Shown: positions 18,606 to 26,826 of the stretch, in pieces
How positions within the stretch are numbered: position 1 is the first letter of the stretch
How the letters are laid out: each line of letters begins with the position of its first letter
Assembly (NCBI GenBank): GCA_030430125.1
Contig: JAUIGA010000001.1
Span: forward strand, 1-36,245
DNA length: 36,245 bases
Source of the DNA: Chloroflexia bacterium
GTDB lineage: Bacteria; Chloroflexota; Chloroflexia; Thermomicrobiales; UBA6265
Reading direction: 5' to 3'
The notes under the pieces: generated by a model
What the model was told of the DNA's origin: nothing
The model's input: only the letters and a program-made list of their open reading frames with translations
The model's database searches: none
Translations under genes and position numbers: made by a program

Positions 18606-19373
18606 ATGAAACTGGTAACACGCGTTGTATTCGCGACACTGATCCTGACCGGCCTGCTCGCCACGCTGGCGCCGGCAGCTTCCGCTGCCCAGGACGCCAC
18701 GGCGACACCGGACCCGGCACGTCGAACGATTGCGGTCGAAGGCACCGGCACGGTGGATATCGCGCCGGACACCGCCCAGGTGTCCTTCGGTGTGCGCACG
18801 CAGAATGAGTCGCTGGAGACCGCGCAGGACGAGAACTCAACACGCACCCAGGCGATCATGGACGCGTTCACCGCGGCTGGAATCGCGGACGCCGACGTCG
18901 CCACCTCGCAGTACTCGGTGTTCGTCATCAACGAGTATGACCGCGACGGGAACCTGGTTGGCGTTCGTGCCTACGAGGTGTTCAACCAGGTCACCGTGAT
19001 CATTCGCGACCTGTCGATCGTCGGCGAGGTGCTCGACAGCGCCGTTGGTGCGGGCGCGAACGAGGTTGGCGCCATCTCCTTCTATGTCGACAACACCGAC
19101 GAGGCGTCGAGCCAGGCGCGTGCCGCCGCCGTCGAGAATGCCCGCGCCAAGGCCGACGAGCTGGCCGAAGCGTCGGGCGTGGTCGTCGTCGGTGTCTACA
19201 CCATCGCGGAAATATCCGCGCCTCAGCCGGACCCCATCCAGTTTGGCTTGGGAGGCGCGGCACCGATGGCGGCGGAGGACTCCGCCGTTCGGGAGGTGCC
19301 GGTGTCGCCCGGTCAGACCCAGGTGACGGTGCGGGTGCAGGTCGAGTTCGAGATCGAGCAGCCGCAAGGATGA
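18606..19373 (+). CDS. SIMPL/DUF541 family secreted protein (YggE-like)
   Basis: 255 aa with GGAGG upstream and a signal peptide MKLVTRVVFATLILTGLLATLAPAASA. The block IAVEGTGTVDIAPDTAQVSFGV... is typical of SIMPL proteins. Confidence 0.8.
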   Translation: MKLVTRVVFATLILTGLLATLAPAASAAQDATATPDPARRTIAVEGTGTVDIAPDTAQVSFGVRTQNESLETAQDENSTRTQAIMDAFTAAGIADADVATSQYSVFVINEYDRDGNLVGVRAYEVFNQVTVIIRDLSIVGEVLDSAVGAGANEVGAISFYVDNTDEASSQARAAAVENARAKADELAEASGVVVVGVYTIAEISAPQPDPIQFGLGGAAPMAAEDSAVREVPVSPGQTQVTVRVQVEFEIEQPQG

Positions 19374-19419
19374 TCGTCGCCAGGCCGTGATGAGCCGAAG
19401 TACGCAAGGCGTGCTGCAT

Positions 19420-19680
19420 GGGCGGGGCTCGTCCCCGCCCTCGGTCTCTCCGGCATCGTCAAGGGCCGGCACAAGGCCGGCCCGTACGTTGGCTCTCGCT
19501 ACGATTTGCGTACGGGCGGGGCTTGTCCCCGCCCTCGGTCTCCCCGGCGCCGTCGAGGGCCGGCACAAGGCCGGCCCGAACGTTGGCTCTCGCTACGATT
19601 TGCGTACGGGCGGGGCTTGTCCCCGCCCTCGGTCTCCCCGGCGCCGTCGAGGGCCGCCACAGGGGCGGCACTACGCGTTG
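19420..19680. repeat. Tandem array, about 2.8 copies of a 94-bp unit made of two GC hairpins (REP/BIME-like)
   Basis: Units start at 19420, 19514 and 19608. By eye, copies 1 and 2 differ at 6 of 94 positions. Copy 3 equals copy 2 for 49 nt, then switches to the GCCGCC-ACAGG-GGCGGC variant. Confidence 0.85.
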
Positions 19681-19728
19681 AGACGGTGACGATCGTGTCA
19701 ACCCTTCCGAGAACTGCTTTGGGCCTGC

Positions 19729-21525
19729 CTACTCGCCGTCCACCAGTCCAACGAACCGGTCGATATCCTCCCGGATGACGTTGAGACTGCCCTGCCAGAA
19801 GGCCTTGTCCCGGATGTTGATCCCGAACTGCCCCGCCAGCTCGGCGGCATCGGCCATGCCGGTCTGTGACAGCAGGTCGTCGTAGCTTGCCCGGAAGGTG
19901 TCCGGATCCTGCTCGTACTGGGCGTAGAGCCCGAGGCCAAACAGCAGCCCGAACATGTACGGGTAGTTGTAGAACGCGTAATCCATCGAATAGTAGTGCG
20001 GCTTCACCGCCCACATGTAGGGGTGAAGCGTCGCCTCGTCGATCGCGTCGCCGTAGGTCTGCTTCTGCGCGTCGAGCATCAGTTGGCAGAACTCGTCGGA
20101 CGAGAGCTCGCGTTCCTTCCGCCGTTCGAATACCGACTGCTCGAACAGGAACCTGCTGGTGATGTCGACTGTCACCGCGGCGGCCGTCTGCAGCGCTGCT
20201 TCGATGATTGGCAGTTGTTCCGCCGGCTCGACCGTCTGCAGCGCGGCCTTGCGCAGGATCGTTTCGCAGAACGTGCTGGCGGTTTCGGCGAGGGTCATCG
20301 GCGTGTCCGACGCCTGCAACATCGTCCGGTGCTCCAGGCAGAGAACGTGGTAGGCGTGACCGAGCTCGTGGGCGAGTGTCGTGACCTCCTCGAAGGCGGG
20401 TACGTAATTGGCGAGGATGCGCGACTCGCCCGGACGCACGCTCATGCAGAATGCGCCGCCGACCTTGCCGGAGCGTGGCTCGGCATCGACCCATCGTTCG
20501 GCGAACGCTCGTTCGGAGAGCCCGCGCATGCGGCCTGAAAATGTGCCGAACTGCAGGTTGACGAACGCGACGGCGTCATCCCAGGCCCAGGCGCCACCCT
20601 CGGCGCCGACCGGCGCGGCGATGTCGTACCACGCGAGCTTCTCAATGCCAAGCGCCCTCGCCTTCGCGTCGAAGTACCGGTGGAAGTCGGGGAATGCCTC
20701 GCGGGCAGCCTCCATCATCGCGTCGAGCGTTTCCCGGTCGATGTGGTTCTGGAAAAGTGCCTCGTCGAGCACCTCGTTCCAGCCTCGCCCTTCGGCAAGG
20801 GTCAGGTGCTGTCCCTTGACGCCGTTGAGCGTCGCCGCGAGCGGGGTCGACCACTGTGCCCATGCGGCAACCTCGGCTTCCCATGCCCGCTGGCGCACGC
20901 CGCGGTCGGGGTCGTTCTCGAGTGCACGAACCTCGGTCATCGCCAGCTGCTCGGGCTTGCCGGGTTCCTTTTCTAACTCGACCATGATCTGCGAGGAGAT
21001 GTCGCCATGCAGCTTGCCCCACGCCTCCCCGCCGGAGGTCGAGAGCTCGCTGGCAAGATCCTCCTCCGGTTGTGTCATCAGATGCTCGGCACGGATCTTC
21101 GCCTGGCGGACAGCGTAGGCGTGCGACTGCGCGACCTCGAATCGCTCGATCAGCGTCTCGGTGTCGAGACTGCCGAGCCAGGCGGTGACGCGGCTGAGGA
21201 CCATCGCCAGGCGCGCGAACCACATGCGCAGCTCGCTCTCCCACGCCGCTGCCGCTTCGTCGCGTGAGTTGACGGTCGTATAGCCCGCGACGAATGCGCG
21301 AACCTCCATCGCCTGCTCGAGGAAGTCGTTGAGCCGGGTGAAGACGTCGTCGAACGTGGCGACGGTCCCCTCGTCGATCGCCGCACCGGACTCGAGCACC
21401 CGAACGTCGGTTGTCAGGGCGGTCAGCTTCGCCTTGAGCTCGTCGACGGCGGCTGCGAACTCGGGGGAATCAAGCCCCGGGTAGATCGTCGTCATGTCCC
21501 AATGCGGGAGCTTCGTCGTCTCCAT
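19729..21525 (-). CDS. pepF: Oligoendopeptidase F (peptidase M3B)
   Basis: Carries the HELGHAYH zinc motif, and its length and overall pattern match PepF. Start is set at ATG 21525 (METTKLPHWD...). The 52-codon upstream extension in the track is unsupported. Confidence 0.9.
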   Translation of the reverse strand: METTKLPHWDMTTIYPGLDSPEFAAAVDELKAKLTALTTDVRVLESGAAIDEGTVATFDDVFTRLNDFLEQAMEVRAFVAGYTTVNSRDEAAAAWESELRMWFARLAMVLSRVTAWLGSLDTETLIERFEVAQSHAYAVRQAKIRAEHLMTQPEEDLASELSTSGGEAWGKLHGDISSQIMVELEKEPGKPEQLAMTEVRALENDPDRGVRQRAWEAEVAAWAQWSTPLAATLNGVKGQHLTLAEGRGWNEVLDEALFQNHIDRETLDAMMEAAREAFPDFHRYFDAKARALGIEKLAWYDIAAPVGAEGGAWAWDDAVAFVNLQFGTFSGRMRGLSERAFAERWVDAEPRSGKVGGAFCMSVRPGESRILANYVPAFEEVTTLAHELGHAYHVLCLEHRTMLQASDTPMTLAETASTFCETILRKAALQTVEPAEQLPIIEAALQTAAAVTVDITSRFLFEQSVFERRKERELSSDEFCQLMLDAQKQTYGDAIDEATLHPYMWAVKPHYYSMDYAFYNYPYMFGLLFGLGLYAQYEQDPDTFRASYDDLLSQTGMADAAELAGQFGINIRDKAFWQGSLNVIREDIDRFVGLVDGE

Positions 21526-21614
21526 CGTGTCTGTCACGTCGTTGTGCCTTTCGTGTGGAAGAAACGAGTCTGCACAGGACCGGCCGCTTCGCGTCGGTTC
21601 AGCGCGTCCGGTCG

Positions 21615-23228
21615 CTACACCTCCGCCAGCGCCGAGAAGGTCACCTCTTTGGCGTTCTCTTCGGCATAGCGCAGGTCCCATTCGGTCGTGAACAGGATAA
21701 CAGGGCGTCCGTCGCGGTCCTCGGCACGCATGCGGCCGCGACCGTTGCTGATGGTGGCGATTTCTGTCTCATCGCCGCTCACCCAGCGGGCGGCGGTGTA
21801 GGACAGCGGATCGAGCGCCGTCTCGACGTTGTATTCCGACTCCAGGCGGTAGCGCACAACATCGAACTGGAGCGCCCCGACAGCGGCCAGCACGGGTTCC
21901 CGGCTGCCGGTCGTCACCGGGTAGAAGAGCTGAATCGCCCCTTCCTCCTCGATCTGCGACAGCCCCTTGAGGAACTGCTTGTAGCGGTCGGCGCGGGTGT
22001 GCCGCAGCAGGGCGAAGTGCTCGGGCTGGAAGCGCGGCAGCGGCGGAAAGGTGCCGATGTCGGTGTCGCTGATCGTGTCGCCGATCGTGAAGGTGCCGGT
22101 GGATACGAGCCCGACGACATCGCCGGCGAACGCCTCCTCCACCACCTCGCGGTCGGAGCCGAAGAGGCGCATCGGTCGAGAGAGGCGAACCTTTCGACCA
22201 AGCCGCGGTACCCAGGCGTCGAGATCGCGTTCGAACCGGCCGGAGACGACGCGCATGTAGGCAACGCGATCGCGGTGGCGCTTGTCCATGTTTGCCTGGA
22301 TCTTGAAGACAAAGCCGGAGAACGTCTCATTTGTCGGCTCGATGAGGTCTCCGTTCGACGTTTCCTGCGGCTGCGGCGGCGGCGCCATGCCGACGAAGTG
22401 ATCGAGGAAGAGCTGGACACCGAAGTTCGTCAGCGCCGAACCGAAGCAGACTGGCGTCAGGTTGCCGGCCAGCACCGCCGCGAGGTCGAACTCTGTGCCG
22501 GCGAGGTCGAGCAGCTCCAGCTCCTCGCGCAGCGTGGCGGCCCTTTCCTCGCCGAGCTCGTCGTCCAGGGTTGGGTCTTCGATGCCGGACAGGCGTACCG
22601 GCGCCTGTTTCGCGCCGTGCTCCGTCCGCTCAAACAGGTGCACCATGCCGGAGACGCGGTCGTAGACGCCACGGAAGTCCGGACCGTCGCCGATCGGCCA
22701 GTTCAGCGGGTAGGTCGCCATCCCGAGCGTGTTCTCGATTTCCTCCAGCAGCTCCAGCGGATGCCGGGCGGGGCGGTCCATCTTGTTGATGAAGGTGAAG
22801 ATCGGCGTCCGCCTGCGTCGGGTGACTTCGAAGAGCTTGAGCGTTTGCGGCTCGATGCCGCGGGCGCCGTCGAGGACCATCACCGCGCTGTCGACGGCGG
22901 TCAGGGTGCGATAGGTGTCCTCGGAGAAGTCCTGGTGGCCCGGGGTGTCGAGCAGGTTGACGAGGTAGTCCCGGTACGGAAACGCCAGCACGGTCGAGGT
23001 GATCGAGATGCCGCGTTCCTGTTCAATCTCCATCCAGTCGGAGGCGGCGTGGCGCTGGCTGCGACGTGCGGTGACAGACCCGGCAAGCTGCACGGCCCCG
23101 CCATACAGCAGCAGCTTCTCGGTCAGGGTGGTCTTGCCGGCATCCGGGTGGGAAATGATGGCAAAGGTGCGGCGGCGCATGACGTCTTCAGCCAGCGCGG
23201 TGGCGCGGGCAGGTGCAGTCTCGATCAT
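21615..23228 (-). CDS. prfC: Peptide chain release factor 3
   Basis: 537 aa. GTPase motifs AIISHPDAGKTTLTEKLL, LLDTPGHQDF and NKMD. GAGGA RBS is present. Confidence 0.95.
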   Translation of the reverse strand: MIETAPARATALAEDVMRRRTFAIISHPDAGKTTLTEKLLLYGGAVQLAGSVTARRSQRHAASDWMEIEQERGISITSTVLAFPYRDYLVNLLDTPGHQDFSEDTYRTLTAVDSAVMVLDGARGIEPQTLKLFEVTRRRRTPIFTFINKMDRPARHPLELLEEIENTLGMATYPLNWPIGDGPDFRGVYDRVSGMVHLFERTEHGAKQAPVRLSGIEDPTLDDELGEERAATLREELELLDLAGTEFDLAAVLAGNLTPVCFGSALTNFGVQLFLDHFVGMAPPPQPQETSNGDLIEPTNETFSGFVFKIQANMDKRHRDRVAYMRVVSGRFERDLDAWVPRLGRKVRLSRPMRLFGSDREVVEEAFAGDVVGLVSTGTFTIGDTISDTDIGTFPPLPRFQPEHFALLRHTRADRYKQFLKGLSQIEEEGAIQLFYPVTTGSREPVLAAVGALQFDVVRYRLESEYNVETALDPLSYTAARWVSGDETEIATISNGRGRMRAEDRDGRPVILFTTEWDLRYAEENAKEVTFSALAEV

Positions 23229-23296
23229 GGGGTCCTCGGTCGTGAGCGCGTGTTGCGTGGTTGCGGAAAAGGGGGGGCAGCGGAGTGAGACCGGGG

Positions 23297-23686
23297 TCAG
23301 TATCGACCTCGACGCATGGAACCGCCATGGATGGGATCGGCGCTGCGCACGATGGGTTTCACGTACAGCAAGTACTCGTTCGACCCGACCTTGAGCACGC
23401 GCGTGATGTCGTACTTCGTCTGCCGGCGCGTATCCCGATAGGTACCCCCCGCGCGGTACTGTCCGAGACGCATGTCGCGCGAATTGCGCGAGATGATCTC
23501 GTAGGTCAGGCGCTTGCAGGTATTGCAGGTGACGTACTGATCCCGCTCATCGGTCGGGCCGGTGAAGCCGCGCTGCACCAGTCGCACGTCCCGGCTCTGG
23601 CACCAGGGGCAACGGCGCTCGCGGACAGTCTCGCCGCCGGAGTTCCCGCGGGAGTCACGGCCACGATTCGCATTGGATTCGACCAT
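23297..23686 (-). CDS. Hypothetical basic zinc-ribbon protein (129 aa)
   Basis: ATG at 23686 is preceded by GGAGGGAGG, and third-position G/C bias is strong. Two Cys pairs, CPWC and CNTC, lie 25 residues apart. The protein is Arg/Lys-rich and I recognise no family. The remainder of track ORF 23297-24745 is antisense to copA. Confidence 0.65.
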   Translation of the reverse strand: MVESNANRGRDSRGNSGGETVRERRCPWCQSRDVRLVQRGFTGPTDERDQYVTCNTCKRLTYEIISRNSRDMRLGQYRAGGTYRDTRRQTKYDITRVLKVGSNEYLLYVKPIVRSADPIHGGSMRRGRY

Positions 23687-23800
23687 GGCACCCTCCCTCC
23701 TGTCCGAGCGCACCAGCCGAGATGGCGCCATGCGGGACCGCTCCGCCGCATACTCGCTAACTATAGCAGCCTCCGGGCGGTCACCGGCGCCTTCGATCAC

Positions 23801-23829
23801 TTGCGCAATATACCCTACGGGGGTATGAT
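23801..23829 (+). promoter_or_regulatory. Putative copA promoter with an embedded CsoR-type operator
   Basis: -35 TTGCGC (23801-23806), 17-nt spacer, -10 TATGAT (23824-23829). The palindrome ATACCC-TACGG-GGGTAT at 23810-23826 sits in the spacer and resembles described CsoR operators. Confidence 0.6.
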
Positions 23830-23872
23830 GGGGACAGTGATACCTTTTTGTTCGTTCGGTGAGGACTAGCTC

Positions 23873-26605
23873 ATGGCGACAGCCCCCCCACACACCAAGA
23901 CCGATGAGTTGCGACTGGATATCGAGGGGATGACCTGCGCGGCCTGTGTGCGCCGGGTAGAGAAGGCGCTGGAATCGGTCGACGGTGTTCAATCGGCGAG
24001 CGTCAACCTCGCCACCGAGCGGGCGACGGTCGCCTTCGACGCGGCGCGCGCGACCGTGGCGGATCTGACCGGCTCTGTCGAGGCCGCGGGGTATTCGGCG
24101 GTGGCGCAAGCACCCCCAGCCGTTGCTGCCCCAACGGTTGTGACGACGGAGGAACCGCTCGCGTTCGACATCGAAGGCATGACCTGCGCGGCTTGTGTCC
24201 GCCGGGTGGAGAAGGCGCTGGAGTCGGTCGACGGCGTGCGGGCGGCTAGCGTGAATCTCGCCACCGAGCGAGCGACGGTCGACTTCGATCCGGCACTGAC
24301 CTCGGTGGATGCGCTGACCTCCGCGATCTCCGGCGCGGGCTATACGGGCCGCGCGGTGGTGACGGAGCCGGCGACCGCGAGCGACGCGCCCGTCGACGCG
24401 CCAGCGTCCGATATTGACGTGCGCGATGCGAAGCGGGATGCGCAGATTGCCGACCTGAAACGAAAGTCCCTCATCAGCCTGGCCGCCGGCGCGGTGATGA
24501 TGGTCCTGATGTACACGCCCCTCGACATTGACGAGCGCACCCTGGCGCCCTTCATGCTGATCGCGGCGACCGTTGTGCAGTTCTGGGCCGGAGGTGTCTT
24601 CTACAGCGCGGCTTGGTCGGCGGCGAAGCACTACTCGACCAACATGAACACGCTGGTTGCTGTCGGCACCTCGGTTGCCTACGGGTACAGCGCCTTTGTC
24701 ACGTTGTGGCCACACCTGGCGGAACGGTGGAGCATCCCCTACCACCTCTACTTCGAATCGGCGGTGATCATCATCGCCCTGATCCTGATGGGGCGCTGGC
24801 TCGAGGCCCGCGCCAAGAAGAGCACCGGCGACGCCATCCGCGCATTGATGGGTCTCCAGGCGCGAACCGCACGCGTGGTGCGGGGCGGGCAGGAGACCGA
24901 CATCCCGATCGAACAGGTGGCCGTTGGCGACATCGTCCGCGTGCGACCGGGCGAGAAGGTGCCGGTCGACGGTGAAGTGACTGAAGGCTCGTCGACCATC
25001 GACGAGAGCATGCTCACAGGCGAGAGCCTGCCGGTGGACAAGCGAACCGGCGATGAGGTCATCGGCGCCACCATCAACGGTTCCGGTTCATTCCTCTTCC
25101 GGGCGACGAAGGTCGGCAAGGACACCACACTCGCGCAGATCGTGCGACTGGTCGAGGATGCGCAAGGCTCCAAGGCGCCGATGCAGCGCCTGGCGGATCA
25201 GATCTCCGGTATCTTCGTGCCGATCGTGCTGGTGATCGCGGCGCTCACATTTGCCATCTGGATGGTCGTCGGTCCGGAACCGTCGCTCTCCTACGCCATC
25301 ACGGCGGCGGTGGCGGTGCTGATCATCGCCTGCCCCTGCGCGCTTGGACTCGCCGCGCCGACCGCGGTGATGGTCGGTACCGGCAAGGCGGCCGAGAACG
25401 GCATCCTGGTGCGCGGCGGCGAGTCGCTGGAGATGGCGCGGAAGATCGACACCATCGTGCTCGACAAGACCGGCACCATTACCCGCGGCAAGCCGTCGGT
25501 GACGGCGATTGAGACCGTGAACGGATTCCAGTCCGACGACATGCTGGCGCTGGTGGCGGCCGCCGAGGCCGGGTCGGAGCATCCGCTGGGCGAGGCGATC
25601 GTCGCGGCGGCACGAGCGAAGTCGCTTCACCTCGAATCCGCGAGCGATTTCGAAGCGATTGCCGGTCACGGCATCACGGCCACCGTTGGCGGCCGGTCGG
25701 TGAGTATCGGCAATCGTCGTCTCCTCGCCGAGTCCGGCATCGAAACGTCGGCGCTGGATGAGAACGTCGAACGACTCGCCGGCAGCGGTGCGACTCCCGT
25801 CTATGTTTCCGTGGGTAACCAGCTCGCGGGGATCATCGGCATCTCGGACACGCTCAAGCCGGAATCGACCGAGGCGATCGACGAGCTGGAGGCGCTCGGG
25901 CTGACGGTGTGGATGCTGACTGGCGACAACGAGCGCACGGCCCAGGCGATCGCGGATCAGGTCGGCATCGAGCATGTGCTCGCGGAGGTGCTGCCGGATC
26001 AGAAGGCGGCCAAGATCCGCGAGCTGCAGGCGGAGGGCCGCGTGGTCGCGATGGTCGGCGACGGTATCAACGACGCGCCGGCGCTGGCCCAGGCCGAGCT
26101 CGGCATAGCGATCGGCACCGGCACCGATGTTGCCATGGCGGCGTCCGACGTGACGCTGATTGGCGACGACCTGCGCGGCATCGTGACTTCGATCGCGCTC
26201 TCGCGGCGTACCGTGAACACGATCAAGCAGGGTCTGTTCTGGGCGTTCGCCTACAACGTGCTGCTGATCCCGGTGGCGATGGGCGCGCTCTACCCGGCGT
26301 TCGACATCCTGCTCAACCCGGTGATCGCCGCCGCGGCGATGGCGATGAGCAGCGTCAGCGTGGTCACGAACGCGCTGCGCCTGCGGGGCTTCAAGCGGCC
26401 GGAGAGCGCCGAGGCGATCCTTAACCCGCCACTTGGCGAGCGCGTGCGGGATTGGGGCTACCTGGTGGCGATTGGCATCGTCGCGATCCTGATCGGCGCG
26501 GGGGCGCTGTGGCTGGGCGAGAACGCCGGCATGAGCGTCACCGACAGCGACGGTCACGACAGTGGTGGCGATCACGGCTACGTGGTCGACATCGAGCACC
26601 GATAA
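23873..26605 (+). CDS. copA: Copper(I)-exporting P1B-1-type ATPase with two N-terminal HMA domains
   Basis: 910 aa. Two [15 protein letters not shown] motifs, the CPC motif ([13 protein letters not shown]), [17 protein letters not shown], and [13 protein letters not shown]. Confidence 0.95.
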   Translation: MATAPPHTKTDELRLDIEGMTCAACVRRVEKALESVDGVQSASVNLATERATVAFDAARATVADLTGSVEAAGYSAVAQAPPAVAAPTVVTTEEPLAFDIEGMTCAACVRRVEKALESVDGVRAASVNLATERATVDFDPALTSVDALTSAISGAGYTGRAVVTEPATASDAPVDAPASDIDVRDAKRDAQIADLKRKSLISLAAGAVMMVLMYTPLDIDERTLAPFMLIAATVVQFWAGGVFYSAAWSAAKHYSTNMNTLVAVGTSVAYGYSAFVTLWPHLAERWSIPYHLYFESAVIIIALILMGRWLEARAKKSTGDAIRALMGLQARTARVVRGGQETDIPIEQVAVGDIVRVRPGEKVPVDGEVTEGSSTIDESMLTGESLPVDKRTGDEVIGATINGSGSFLFRATKVGKDTTLAQIVRLVEDAQGSKAPMQRLADQISGIFVPIVLVIAALTFAIWMVVGPEPSLSYAITAAVAVLIIACPCALGLAAPTAVMVGTGKAAENGILVRGGESLEMARKIDTIVLDKTGTITRGKPSVTAIETVNGFQSDDMLALVAAAEAGSEHPLGEAIVAAARAKSLHLESASDFEAIAGHGITATVGGRSVSIGNRRLLAESGIETSALDENVERLAGSGATPVYVSVGNQLAGIIGISDTLKPESTEAIDELEALGLTVWMLTGDNERTAQAIADQVGIEHVLAEVLPDQKAAKIRELQAEGRVVAMVGDGINDAPALAQAELGIAIGTGTDVAMAASDVTLIGDDLRGIVTSIALSRRTVNTIKQGLFWAFAYNVLLIPVAMGALYPAFDILLNPVIAAAAMAMSSVSVVTNALRLRGFKRPESAEAILNPPLGERVRDWGYLVAIGIVAILIGAGALWLGENAGMSVTDSDGHDSGGDHGYVVDIEHR

Positions 26606-26635
26606 TCAGCGTCATTCAAAGCGCAGAGAACCACA

Positions 26636-26656
26636 GGGCCGGGCTTGTCCCGGCCC
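26636..26656 (+). terminator. Hairpin after copA; a member of the CTTGT-loop repeat family and a possible intrinsic terminator
   Basis: GGGCCGGG-CTTGT-CCCGGCCC lies 31 nt after the copA stop and is followed by TTCGGGTTTGG. Confidence 0.55.
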
Positions 26657-26826
26657 TTCGGGTTTGGCGGAATCGCAAGAAGCCGAGAGTGTTTAGGTGC
26701 CTCGGTCAATGCGACCTCTGAAAGAGATGACCACCACATGCAGGCCGTGTGGTTCTTGACATAGTTTGACAATGCAAACATGATGGGTGCGGAATCGTTC
26801 CAACGTTGACTTCCGGCGAGGGCGCC

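Noticed and set aside
19420-19680. Possible CRISPR array, because of its regular repeats
   Set aside because: The 94-bp units are directly contiguous and nearly identical over their whole length. There are no unique spacers and no cas genes nearby. It is a tandem repeat of hairpin elements, not a CRISPR.
23883-23889. C7 homopolymer in codons 4-6 of copA as a phase-variation switch (also a G7 tract near 23270)
   Set aside because: Seven-base G/C runs are expected by chance at this GC content. There is no evidence of length variation in a single sequence.
23687-24745. The upstream two-thirds of track ORF 23297-24745 (482 aa)
   Set aside because: It is antisense to the motif-rich 5' part of copA. 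Only the last 129 codons (23297-23686) have an RBS and coding bias.
26578-26781. A small ORF (67 aa, minus strand) between copA and the regulator, considered as the missing csoR
   Set aside because: It has none of the CsoR helix pattern or the conserved Cys/His/Cys ligand spacing. It also overlaps the copA 3' end and the terminator hairpin. No other ORF in the window fits CsoR either.
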